Part shown: piece by piece, positions 28,660-37,193 of the stretch | Layout of the letters: every line of letters begins with the position of its first letter | Numbering within the stretch: position 1 is the stretch's first letter | NCBI GenBank assembly: GCA_964652615.1 | Contig: CAZZAT010000001.1 | Span: forward strand, 87,081-151,080 | Reading direction: 5' to 3' | From: an uncultured Candidatus Saccharibacteria bacterium | GTDB taxonomy: Bacteria; Patescibacteriota; Minisyncoccia; Phycocordibacterales; Phycocordibacteraceae | Length of the DNA: 64,000 nt | Made by a program: the position numbers and the translations under genes | The notes under the pieces: generated by a model | The model's input: only the letters and a program-made list of their open reading frames with translations | The model's database searches: none | What the model was told of the DNA's origin: nothing

Positions 28660-29133
28660 ATGGATACTTCTCTTTTCTTCTTTACCGTTATCGCAAGCAC
28701 CGAAGGGTATATCGTTGGGTGCGCTCTCCTGACGCTCTTTTTGCTCTACCGAAAGGAGTTTCGTCATGCGCGTGCCTTCGTACTTACTGCAGCAGGACTT
28801 GCCATTTCAACAGTCCTTCTTAAGGGATTCATAGCGGCTGAACGACCTGCAACAGCACTCATTGAGGTGTCGGGGTATGGCTTCCCAAGCGGGCACGCTG
28901 CGGGAGCGCTCTTTCTTGCGCTTACGTTCTCGATCATTTCCTTGCGTCACGCATCTTTTCTTGTTGGTGGTGCACTCTCGCTTCTAAGTGTTGTATGTGC
29001 CCTTCTTATTGGAGCAAGTCGTGTCTACTACCACGTCCATACACCGCTGCAGGTTATTGCAGGGTTTGTGCTCGCAATCGCATGGGTTTTGCTTTTCCTT
29101 TATCTCTACCGAAAGAAGCGGGCGTGGCAATAA
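28660..29133 (+). CDS. PAP2-family phosphatase (undecaprenyl-diphosphatase-like)
   Basis: PAP2 motifs KGFIAAERP, PSGHA and SRVYYHVHTPLQ. Confidence 0.75.
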   Translation: MDTSLFFFTVIASTEGYIVGCALLTLFLLYRKEFRHARAFVLTAAGLAISTVLLKGFIAAERPATALIEVSGYGFPSGHAAGALFLALTFSIISLRHASFLVGGALSLLSVVCALLIGASRVYYHVHTPLQVIAGFVLAIAWVLLFLYLYRKKRAWQ

Positions 29134-29253
29134 AGCTTGACAGATGTGTTATAATATGATACGTTTTTTTCAGACGGATATGAACGGAGACCGCACTTAT
29201 CGGTCTCGCTAAGCGCTTCACCGCTCTTAGCTTAGAAATCACCCACCTTACGT

Positions 29254-29418
29254 ATGCCAATACTCGGCGCACTCGGACTGGGACTTACGATTCTCGTTCT
29301 ACAATCCACTGTTCCAGCGATATTTAGTGAACTGGAGACCACTATTGTCATTGCGCTTAAAGGCGCACAAGCAATACTCTCCACCGCTTCCCTTATCGCA
29401 GGCGCACTAGCGCACTAA
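29254..29418 (+). CDS. Possible small hydrophobic protein (54 aa, below the ORF-track threshold)
   Basis: MPILGALGLGLTILVLQSTVPAIFSELETTIVIALKGAQAILSTASLIAGALAH; an AT-rich promoter-like stretch (TTGACA at 29138-29143) and two 5' hairpins precede it; a terminator follows. Confidence 0.3.
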   Translation: MPILGALGLGLTILVLQSTVPAIFSELETTIVIALKGAQAILSTASLIAGALAH

Positions 29419-29423
29419 CGACG

Positions 29424-29454
29424 ATGGCCGGACATTTGTCCGGCCATGTCTTTT
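29424..29454. terminator. Bidirectional intrinsic terminator
   Basis: ATGGCCGGACA-TTT-GTCCGGCCAT followed by GTCTTTT. Confidence 0.6.
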
Positions 29455-29899
29455 AACTAAACCTATTCGTTCCCTCCGCTTCCCGTTCGTTAATCGGATG
29501 CTCATCAAGACCCATGTAGTGCCCCACCTCATGCCAGATGGTCTCTCGAACCACCTTTGCAACATTCTTTCTAAAATCATTCGTATGATCATCCGTAAGC
29601 TGAAGCGCTTCATCAAGTATCGGAAGACGGTAGAGCGTGATGGTATCAGGAAGCACGCCCCCTACCCCATACTCACTGCCGCGCTCGGTCAAAGGAATGC
29701 CGCGGTAGAGGCCAAGGAGTGTTTCTTCTCCTTCTAAACCTTCAAGGCGCCGTGTTTCCTCATCTGGCTCATCCTCTATGAGAAGCGCGAGGTTCTCTAT
29801 TTTTGAAGAGAACTTCTCTGGCATTGCTACCCACTGTGCCTCGGCAAGCGCATTAAATTCACGTTCATCCATATGTCCTGTTAGTATAGCTGAATGCAC
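29453..29899 (-). CDS. Zincin-like metallopeptidase (Zincin_1 / DUF1025 type)
   Basis: LLGLYRGIPLTERG...PDTITLYRLPI...WHEVGHYMGLDE (HExxH). Confidence 0.6.
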   Translation of the reverse strand: MHSAILTGHMDEREFNALAEAQWVAMPEKFSSKIENLALLIEDEPDEETRRLEGLEGEETLLGLYRGIPLTERGSEYGVGGVLPDTITLYRLPILDEALQLTDDHTNDFRKNVAKVVRETIWHEVGHYMGLDEHPINEREAEGTNRFS

Positions 29900-30505
29900 T
29901 TCTTCGACAGCATGATGACCCTGCCCGAGATGATAGCCGCCGTGGGGTACGTAGGCATCTTTATCATTGTCTTCCTTGAGTCAGGGGTCCCTATTGGCGT
30001 CATCCTCCCGTTGCCTGGCGACACACTTCTTTTCTCTGCAGGCATCCTTTCAGCTGCGGGTGTCTTTGATCTGTTCCCGCTTCTCGTAACTGTTATCATC
30101 GCTGCAATTTTAGGAGACAGCGCTGGATACTGGTTCGGAAAGAAGTACGGCCCAAAGATTTTCACGAAAGAGTCAGGAATGTTTTTGAATAGGAAGCATA
30201 TGGAGCGTGCAGAATTCTTCTACGAGAAATACGGACGTGTGGCCATTATTCTTGCCCGCTTCCTTCCCCTCATCCGTACTATCGCCCCTATCTTTGCAGG
30301 CGTGGGCAACATGCGCTATCGCACGTTCATTACCTTTAACATTCTTGGTGCTTTTATTTGGGGTATTTCTCTAACGGTGCTCGGATACTTTCTGGGAAGC
30401 GTCATACCTGACATAGACAAGTACCTTCTTCCCGTACTTCTCGTTATCATCCTTATCACCGCTTTCCCTGCTGCGCGCGAAATGTGGCGCATGAGAAAGG
30501 GATAG
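29894..30505 (+). CDS. DedA family membrane protein (VTT/SNARE-associated domain)
   Basis: FLESGVPIGVILPLPGDTLLFSAG and the KYGRVAIILARFLPLIRT motif. Confidence 0.85.
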   Translation: MHFFDSMMTLPEMIAAVGYVGIFIIVFLESGVPIGVILPLPGDTLLFSAGILSAAGVFDLFPLLVTVIIAAILGDSAGYWFGKKYGPKIFTKESGMFLNRKHMERAEFFYEKYGRVAIILARFLPLIRTIAPIFAGVGNMRYRTFITFNILGAFIWGISLTVLGYFLGSVIPDIDKYLLPVLLVIILITAFPAAREMWRMRKG

Positions 30506-30537
30506 AAAAACCGCCTCCATTGCGGAGGCGGTTTTTC
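30506..30537. terminator. Bidirectional intrinsic terminator
   Basis: AAAAACCGCCTCC-ATTGC-GGAGGCGGTTTTT between convergent genes. Confidence 0.7.
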
Positions 30538-30545
30538 TATAAACC

Positions 30546-31232
30546 TTAGTTTGCGAGCTCTGCGTCGATAAGTCCCTTCACCGTTGCGTAGGGCTGTGCG
30601 CCGCCTACCATCGTCGTGCCGATGATAGTACCCGGGGTACCTGTGATGCCAAATGCCTGACCTTCGTTTCGGTCAGCATCAATGGCTGCTTGGTATGCGG
30701 CACGGTTGCTTTCAATCAAAGAAGCAACGCGAGCAGTGTCGATACCAAGACCAGAAGAGATGGCATCAAGGCCTGCTTTTGAAAGCGTTGCCTCACCCGT
30801 TCCTGCCATTACCTGCGCGAACCATTCGCCCCAAACTGCAGGTGCTGCTTCCCACACAGCGCGTGAGTAAAGTGCGGTGTCAAAGGAAGCCTGTCCTAGG
30901 AACTGGAAGTCTTTATAGACAATGCGAACCTGTCCATTCTCGACATAGTCGCGTCCCACTTCCATAAGAGTGGTTCCCTCAAACTGCTTGCAGAAGCTGC
31001 ACTGGAAATCAAACCACACAGCAATAGTGACCGGAGCGTTTTCAGATCCTACTGAAGGCGAGGTTTCGGTACGCACATCTGCAATGTTAACGGCGACTGG
31101 TTCACCGCTTGAAGGGGTTGCAGGACGCTCTCCTCCGCCAAAGGCAAAGGCGAGAGCGATGATAATTGCGCCAAGAAGTACCGCTACTGGCGTAAGGTAC
31201 TTTTCAAGCGAAGGCTGCTTTTCAGTGGTCAT
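30546..31232 (-). CDS. DsbA-family thiol:disulfide oxidoreductase (membrane anchored)
   Basis: N-terminal TM helix and a thioredoxin fold with FQCSFCKQF (CxxC). Confidence 0.72.
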   Translation of the reverse strand: MTTEKQPSLEKYLTPVAVLLGAIIIALAFAFGGGERPATPSSGEPVAVNIADVRTETSPSVGSENAPVTIAVWFDFQCSFCKQFEGTTLMEVGRDYVENGQVRIVYKDFQFLGQASFDTALYSRAVWEAAPAVWGEWFAQVMAGTGEATLSKAGLDAISSGLGIDTARVASLIESNRAAYQAAIDADRNEGQAFGITGTPGTIIGTTMVGGAQPYATVKGLIDAELAN

Positions 31233-31321
31233 GCGAATAGGTTATTACGAATCAATACGGAGCAGTATACCCCCTAGAAAAAGGGTCGAAAAGGGCCATG
31301 GCGCTCTGCTAGAATGAGGGT

Positions 31322-31657
31322 ATGGACAACCCTGGACGGCATCATTTACATGTACGTAAGCGCGTGTATAAGAACCTTGAACCTTTTCCCCATCAGAAGA
31401 CATTTGTACATGTTCTTGATCGCGCAATGCCTATACTGGCACTCTTTGGTCCTATCGCGCTTATACCCCAAGTACTACAGGTTCTTGTGCTCCAAGATGC
31501 AAGCGACCTCTCGCCTTTCACCTGGATCTTATGGGAACTCTTGAGTGTTGTCTGGCTTATCTACGGCATCGTCCATAAAGAGCTTCCTATTATCATAGGA
31601 AACGGTGCATATCTCGTACTGCATGCAATCCTTATCGGAGCGATACTTGTCTACTAA
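31322..31657 (+). CDS. SemiSWEET / PQ-loop family transporter (3-TM)
   Basis: PQ motif in TM1 (FGPIALIPQVLQVL) and three TM helices; the functional start may be the internal Met at 31427, giving ~76 aa. Confidence 0.55.
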   Translation: MDNPGRHHLHVRKRVYKNLEPFPHQKTFVHVLDRAMPILALFGPIALIPQVLQVLVLQDASDLSPFTWILWELLSVVWLIYGIVHKELPIIIGNGAYLVLHAILIGAILVY

Positions 31658-31662
31658 TAACA

Positions 31663-31694
31663 AAACCGGCCCTAGGGCCGGTTTTGTTTTTTAA
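31663..31694. terminator. Bidirectional intrinsic terminator
   Basis: AAAACCGGCCC-TAG-GGGCCGGTTTTGTTTTTT. Confidence 0.7.
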
Positions 31695-33019
31695 TGATAC
31701 CCGTCAACAAGGAAAGTCAGTGCTTGTCCGGACTTTCCGGCGCGCCCTGTTCTTCCGATGCGATGCGTATAGTCTTCATACGTTGCCGGCAAATCGAAGT
31801 TGATGACGTGCGAGACGCCTGAAATATCAAGGCCGCGAGCAGCAACATCAGTTGCAACCAATACGTTCGCATGATTTTGCTTGAAGAGACCGAGAGCTTT
31901 CTGGCGCTTGCCGTGCGTTTTATCGCCATGGATGGACTCTGCAAGAATGCCCATGCGGCGCAAGTCGCGCGTGAGACGCTCAACACCATGCTTGGTGCGT
32001 CCAAAGACCAAGGTTTTCTCAAAGTCAGGGCGCTTCAAGAGCTCAACCAGTTTGTCGAACTTCCCTTCAGGGGAGACACGCACAACGTCTTGATCGACAG
32101 TTGCTGCCGTATCGCGCGTCTTTACGTTCACCCTCACTGGATCTTTAAGGAAGTCATGTACGAGACGCTCGATATCGCGACCCATCGTTGCCGAGAAGAA
32201 GAGTGTGTGACGATCGGTACGCATCTTCGAAAGAATGAAGCGCATATCGTCGATGAAGCCCATATCAAGCATACGGTCTGCCTCGTCAAGAACAACCGTT
32301 GAGAACGATGAAAGATCGAGCTCGCGGCGCTCCATAAGGTCCTTGAGGCGCCCTGGGGTGCCGATAACAAATGCAGGAGCGCGGCGAAGGACGCGTATCT
32401 GACCTTCAATGCCAGCGCCTCCTACACACACAACCGCATTCATACCAAGGCGTTTTGCAAAGCCCCAGAACTCCTGCTCTATCTGTATCGCAAGCTCGCG
32501 AGTTGGCACCATGACAAGCACGCGCTCGGTTTCATTAAGAGCGCGAAGCTTTAGTACCTTGTCGATAAGCGGAATGAGAAACGATGCTGTCTTTCCCGTA
32601 CCTGTTGCTGCAAGTCCGACCACATCAAGTCCCTTCAAGACATGCGGAATCGACTTGTCCTGAATGGGCGTTGGGAGAACATACCCCTTTGACGCAATGT
32701 TTTCTTTGAGTAGTGCATCAATTGGAAAGTCTGCGAACTTATGTTCAGGTACAAACAGTGCCTCCGCTTCAAGCGGCTTTGCTTTGTTAATAAGTTTTGA
32801 GAGATCGACTGCCATTTCTTGGCGTCCGTTCCCTCGTCCGCCGCGGCGCTGGGGACGTCCGCCTTGATGGCGGCGCGGCCCATGCGCAGCAGGATCGCCT
32901 GCACGGCGCTTTCTGCCTCCTGAAGAAGGTTTTCCTCCCTTTCGCGCAAAGCGCGCGTATTCAGGACGGTCCGCAAGATCATTGCGGAAATTCTTTCGCA
33001 CTATATACGTTGTTGCCAT
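31691..33019 (-). CDS. DEAD-box ATP-dependent RNA helicase with an N-terminal Arg/Gly-rich extension
   Basis: Q motif (FADFPI...GYVLPTPIQ), motif I AATGTGKT, VLDEADRMLDMGF, SAT and HRIGRTGRAG; the first ~68 aa are RGG-like (GGRKRRAGDP...RRGGRGNGRQE); an internal Met (MAVDLSK, 32815) is an alternative start. Confidence 0.88.
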   Translation of the reverse strand: MATTYIVRKNFRNDLADRPEYARFARKGGKPSSGGRKRRAGDPAAHGPRRHQGGRPQRRGGRGNGRQEMAVDLSKLINKAKPLEAEALFVPEHKFADFPIDALLKENIASKGYVLPTPIQDKSIPHVLKGLDVVGLAATGTGKTASFLIPLIDKVLKLRALNETERVLVMVPTRELAIQIEQEFWGFAKRLGMNAVVCVGGAGIEGQIRVLRRAPAFVIGTPGRLKDLMERRELDLSSFSTVVLDEADRMLDMGFIDDMRFILSKMRTDRHTLFFSATMGRDIERLVHDFLKDPVRVNVKTRDTAATVDQDVVRVSPEGKFDKLVELLKRPDFEKTLVFGRTKHGVERLTRDLRRMGILAESIHGDKTHGKRQKALGLFKQNHANVLVATDVAARGLDISGVSHVINFDLPATYEDYTHRIGRTGRAGKSGQALTFLVDGYH

Positions 33020-33190
33020 TACTGAGTGTATTGCGGGGTCGGCAGAAAGGAGTAAGAGGCCGATTCCCTGTCGTTAATCAAGCAACGTCTTGAGGAGTTT
33101 CGCCTGTCCTTCCTTGTCTTTTCTAGGCGGTCTTGAGAGTCTCCCAAGACAATCTGCTGTCTGACGTTGATATCCGTAGTATACCACATG

Positions 33191-33216
33191 AAAACTGGGC
33201 GGCCAAGGGGCCGCCC
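33191..33216 (-). terminator. Intrinsic terminator after ORF 33223..33564
   Basis: GGGCGGCC-AAGG-GGCCGCCC; minus-sense followed by AGUUUUCAUG. Confidence 0.55.
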
Positions 33217-33222
33217 AGTGTG

Positions 33223-33564
33223 TCATTTCCTATGCTTCACGCTTTTCTCAAGGACGTTTGCGCAGTCAATTGGGAAAAGGAAGTCAGTGAATGGGATGGG
33301 GTGTCCTCGCTCTCCCCACCAATCGGCAGCTTCAGGACTCTTAAGGCGCAGCGCTTCAAGCGCTTTTGCTGCGGGGACACAAAATGCATCCCCTTCGAAG
33401 ACAACGTCCTTGCTTAACGAGCCGTAGCCAACTTCCTTCCCAAACTGCGGGTACGCAGGGAGCGTGAGCCCTACCCACGCACGGCGCACTTCTTCTGGAG
33501 CGTCTCCTGGCGGAGCTTTTACCACCAGTATTTTGCCGGTTGCTTCCATTGAAGCCTCCTCCAC
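33223..33564 (-). CDS. Hypothetical protein (113 aa)
   Basis: ORF with a downstream terminator; no known motif. Confidence 0.4.
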   Translation of the reverse strand: MEEASMEATGKILVVKAPPGDAPEEVRRAWVGLTLPAYPQFGKEVGYGSLSKDVVFEGDAFCVPAAKALEALRLKSPEAADWWGERGHPIPFTDFLFPIDCANVLEKSVKHRK

Positions 33565-33666
33565 TTCTGCGAGCTTCTTCTCGCAGGTTGGCGAGAATCC
33601 TACGCTCTTTCGTTTCCTTGGTCAATACAAAACGAGCGGAAACCAAAAATGATTTCCGCTCGTATA

Positions 33667-33819
33667 TTATCTTTTGCTGAACTCGAGAAGGGCAACAAAA
33701 ATGATTGTGACGCCGCCGAATAAGGCAAGGGGAAAGAGCGCGTATGGGGCGTGTTCGGTTGCAGCAAAAAAACTAGCTCCAAACGCAAGAGCCGTAACGG
33801 CAGTGGCAATTCCTTTCAT
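33667..33819 (-). CDS. Small hypothetical membrane protein (50 aa, start moved to the internal Met)
   Basis: Strong Shine-Dalgarno (GCAGGAGGTATCC ATG) before MKGIATAVTALAFG...; two hydrophobic helices. Confidence 0.4.
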   Translation of the reverse strand: MKGIATAVTALAFGASFFAATEHAPYALFPLALFGGVTIIFVALLEFSKR

Positions 33820-33886
33820 GGATACCTCCTGCTCGGCAGAGGGCCGAGTCCTGCCGCATACTACGCACATTCCCTCTTTTTGTACA

Positions 33887-35674
33887 CTAGGCGCGCTTCG
33901 CTTTTGAGCGTTCGGTCTCTGTCAAAAATTGCTTGCGCAAGCGCACGCTCTCCGGAGTAATTTCAAGGTATTCATCAGAAACCATCACTTCAAGGCCTCG
34001 TTCAATGGAGAGCGTATAGGGTGGTACCAAATTGATTGCTTCGTCGGTTCCAGAAGCACGCACGTTTGTAAGGTTCTTTCCTTTCGTTGGATTCACGATC
34101 ATCTCCTCGCCTTTAGAGGTGTTGCCGATAACCATACCTTCGTACACTTCGGTAGCAGGGCCGATATAGAGCATGCCGCGCTCTTGAAGCATCCACAAAG
34201 AATAGCCAAGCGCCTTGCCCGTTGCCATAGAAATCATGGAGCCTACTTGGCGCTTCTTAATCTCGCCTGCATGAGGCTTAAAGCCGATGACGCGCGAGGA
34301 AAGAATACCTTCGCCTTTGGTATCGATAACAAACTGGGAACGGTAGCCAAGAAGCCCGCGCGTAGGTCCTTCAAGCGTAAGACGCACGAGGTTGTCGTCT
34401 TGGGTGAGGTTCTGAAGAACGAATGCGCGTGTACCAAGCTTCTCGATGATGGCGCCCTGGAATTCAGACGGTGTATCGATAATGACTTCCTCAAACGGTT
34501 CGTATTTCTGTCCTTCTTCTTCGCGGATAATGACCTGCGGCTGGGATACCTGCATTTCGTATCCGGCGCGGCGCATGTTTTCAAGCAAGATAGCGATATG
34601 CAGCTCGCCACGGCCAGACACTTTGAAGTTATCCGGTGATACGAAATCAACTTTAAGGCCGACGTTCACCTCAAGTTCTTTCTCAAGGTATTCGCGAAGC
34701 TGGCGGCTCGTCACATACTTTCCTTCCTTGCCGGCAAAGGGAGAATTGTTCACAAGGAAATTGAGCGTAATGGTGGGCTCATCAATTGCAATTGCAGGAA
34801 GCGGTTCGGCAGACGCGTCAGTTGTAATAGTTTCCCCAATAAAGATGTCAGGAAGACCCGCGACAATAACAATATCTCCTGCAGAAGCTTCTGCGGCTTC
34901 GACACGTTCAAGACCAGTGAAGGTAAAAAGTTTTGTAATCTTGCCGGTGCGTGCTGTTCCATCAGGCTTTTTGACTGTTACCTGCTCACCACTTTTTACG
35001 ACGCCTTCATACACGCGACCAACTGCCATGCGGCCAAGGAAGTTATCGTAGGCGAGATTGAACGGCTGGAGACGGAGCGGTTTTGCGGTAAGCGCGTCAG
35101 AGGAGGCTGCGGGTACTTGCTCGAGTACCAGATCAAGAAGCGGCGTGAGATCTTTGCGCTCGTCAGAGAGTGCGCGCATAGCAACACCTTCGCGTCCGAT
35201 AGCGTACATAGTTGTAAAGTTTGCCTGTTCATCGGACGCGCCAAGCTCGAGGAAAAGTTCAAGCACCTGCTCTTCGGCTCTCGCGGCGTCTGCTGCAGGC
35301 TTGTCTATCTTGTTCAATACCAAAATGGGCTTCAAGCCAAGCTCAAGCGATTTCTTCAAAACAAAACGCGTCTGGGGCATGGGGCCTTCCTGTGCGTCAA
35401 CAACAAGAAGCACCGAGTCGATGGAACGAAGCACGCGCTCGACTTCAGAACCGAAGTCAGCGTGCCCTGGCGTATCCACGATATTTATCTTCGTTCCTTT
35501 GTAATTGACCGAAGCGTTCTTCGAGTAGATGGTGATACCGCGCTCCTTTTCAAGCGTATTTGAGTCCATAGATACGCCTTCAGCCACTGCGCCGCACTGC
35601 TTCAAGAGTGCGTCGGTCAAGGTAGTCTTGCCGTGGTCCACGTGGGCTATGATGGCGATATTGCGAATTTCCAT
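33887..35674 (-). CDS. typA: Translational GTPase TypA/BipA
   Basis: [32 protein letters not shown], and EF-G-like domains with the BipA C-terminal domain; start set at MEIRN (35674). Confidence 0.9.
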   Translation of the reverse strand: MEIRNIAIIAHVDHGKTTLTDALLKQCGAVAEGVSMDSNTLEKERGITIYSKNASVNYKGTKINIVDTPGHADFGSEVERVLRSIDSVLLVVDAQEGPMPQTRFVLKKSLELGLKPILVLNKIDKPAADAARAEEQVLELFLELGASDEQANFTTMYAIGREGVAMRALSDERKDLTPLLDLVLEQVPAASSDALTAKPLRLQPFNLAYDNFLGRMAVGRVYEGVVKSGEQVTVKKPDGTARTGKITKLFTFTGLERVEAAEASAGDIVIVAGLPDIFIGETITTDASAEPLPAIAIDEPTITLNFLVNNSPFAGKEGKYVTSRQLREYLEKELEVNVGLKVDFVSPDNFKVSGRGELHIAILLENMRRAGYEMQVSQPQVIIREEEGQKYEPFEEVIIDTPSEFQGAIIEKLGTRAFVLQNLTQDDNLVRLTLEGPTRGLLGYRSQFVIDTKGEGILSSRVIGFKPHAGEIKKRQVGSMISMATGKALGYSLWMLQERGMLYIGPATEVYEGMVIGNTSKGEEMIVNPTKGKNLTNVRASGTDEAINLVPPYTLSIERGLEVMVSDEYLEITPESVRLRKQFLTETERSKAKRA

Positions 35675-35729
35675 GAAAGTAAAAAGGCCGTTCGGGGCCA
35701 TATAGACACACTCTATACTATGTGTCGCT

Positions 35730-35770
35730 AAAAAGAAACCGCCGCCTCGCTCTAGGGCGAAGCGGCGTTC
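35730..35770 (-). terminator. Intrinsic terminator after ORF 35773..36027
   Basis: Minus sense: GAACGCCGCTTCGCCC-UAGA-GCGAGGCGGCGGUUUCUUUUUAG. Confidence 0.6.
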
Positions 35771-35772
35771 TT

Positions 35773-36027
35773 CTAAATTGGCATGAGCTCGGGTTTATCG
35801 AGCTCCTCGATGAGGACGAAATGGTTGTCGCCGCAAAGGCCCGGAGCATTCACTGGCATCACCCATTGGTTGCGATTCTCGTAGACAAGGCGACGCGCCT
35901 GTCCAAGACATACGACCGTTCCTTTAGAAAGCGGTCTGCGCTGCGTGTCATACATCTCATCCGTTTCGGAGAATTTCCGGAATACTCGTACCTCTTTAAG
36001 TAGTACGATTTCCTGCGTCTTTGCCAT
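35773..36027 (-). CDS. Hypothetical protein (84 aa), co-transcribed with mltG
   Basis: Shine-Dalgarno GGGAGAG about 7 nt upstream; followed by a terminator; no known motif. Confidence 0.45.
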   Translation of the reverse strand: MAKTQEIVLLKEVRVFRKFSETDEMYDTQRRPLSKGTVVCLGQARRLVYENRNQWVMPVNAPGLCGDNHFVLIEELDKPELMPI

Positions 36028-36094
36028 ACTCTACTCTCCCAATGCAAAGAGTCCGTTCTTGAGCCTAAAAGCAAGAACTGTTCTCGTCAAGCAC

Positions 36095-37129
36095 CTATTT
36101 CAAATATCGGTTCACATTTGCTACGTGTGCTTGATAGTTTGTGGTGCAGTGTATGCGTCCGTATGCATCATGCAGATAGTACAGGCATCGTGTTGTTTGC
36201 GGATTGAGCGCAGCTTCAATTGAAGCAAGCGAAGGTGTTGCGATGGGTTCTGGAGGGAGTCCGGTATATATATAGGTATTGAAGGGAGAGTCTGTTCTTT
36301 TATCCTCAACGTCAGGTGCAGGCCACCACCTTCCTGGAGCGCCGGCTATGTATTGCAGCGTTGCGTCCACCTGAAGGAGCATGCCGCGGTCAAGGCGGTT
36401 TTGCAAAATGCCCGCAACAAGCCTCTTATCATTCTTTGCTGCTTCGCGTTCAATTAAAGAAGCGAGCGTAAGGATGTCGTTAAATTCTCTTCCTTGCTCT
36501 TTAGCCGCTGCCACATATTCTGCAGTCGCACTCTCAAAGCGCCCGCGAAGCCGCGCCGCAACTGCAGCCGGAGGCTGGTCAGAAGGTATGAGATAGGTGT
36601 CGGCAAAATATATACCCCCAGAGAGCGTGCCGGTTGATGAGGCGGTTGCTTCCTCCCACTCCCGTCTTTCTTTTGCACTCCATGAAAGAATATGTGAAAG
36701 AAACTCGCCTACTTCTTCTTTGCGCATTGCTTCTGGAAGCGATACCCACGTGAGATACGGCGCTCTGCCAAGCGTCTTTGCAACAGCAATAGCATCCATT
36801 GATGGTGTAAAGACATACCCTCCAGGACGCACTGTTCTGTCATTTCGCATGAGACCGTAGAGAAAGCGCAATGCGCCCCCATGCTTTACCACCCCCTCCT
36901 CTTCAAGGCGCTCTGAAACGGAAAGGAGTGTGTCTTCTGGCGTGACAATGAATTCAGCAGAGGGAGATGCGTTTGGCGGACCAAACAAGGACGCATACAA
37001 AAGTGAAACCAACACAAGAGCTAGCGCAGTAGCCGCACCTATATATATAAGGCGCTTGCCGATACGCCGAAACGACGCCTCTTTTTGTGAGAGAAGTGAG
37101 CGCACGTGTTCATGAAGGCGCGGACTCAT
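36095..37129 (-). CDS. mltG: Endolytic murein transglycosylase MltG (YceG family)
   Basis: N-terminal TM anchor and a YceG-like domain (region similarity, from memory). Confidence 0.8.
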   Translation of the reverse strand: MSPRLHEHVRSLLSQKEASFRRIGKRLIYIGAATALALVLVSLLYASLFGPPNASPSAEFIVTPEDTLLSVSERLEEEGVVKHGGALRFLYGLMRNDRTVRPGGYVFTPSMDAIAVAKTLGRAPYLTWVSLPEAMRKEEVGEFLSHILSWSAKERREWEEATASSTGTLSGGIYFADTYLIPSDQPPAAVAARLRGRFESATAEYVAAAKEQGREFNDILTLASLIEREAAKNDKRLVAGILQNRLDRGMLLQVDATLQYIAGAPGRWWPAPDVEDKRTDSPFNTYIYTGLPPEPIATPSLASIEAALNPQTTRCLYYLHDAYGRIHCTTNYQAHVANVNRYLK

Positions 37130-37193
37130 AGGACTTCGGACAGTATACTAGGCTTCACGAGCAAAAAGAGCTTTTGTGTTATAGTTCCCGAGC

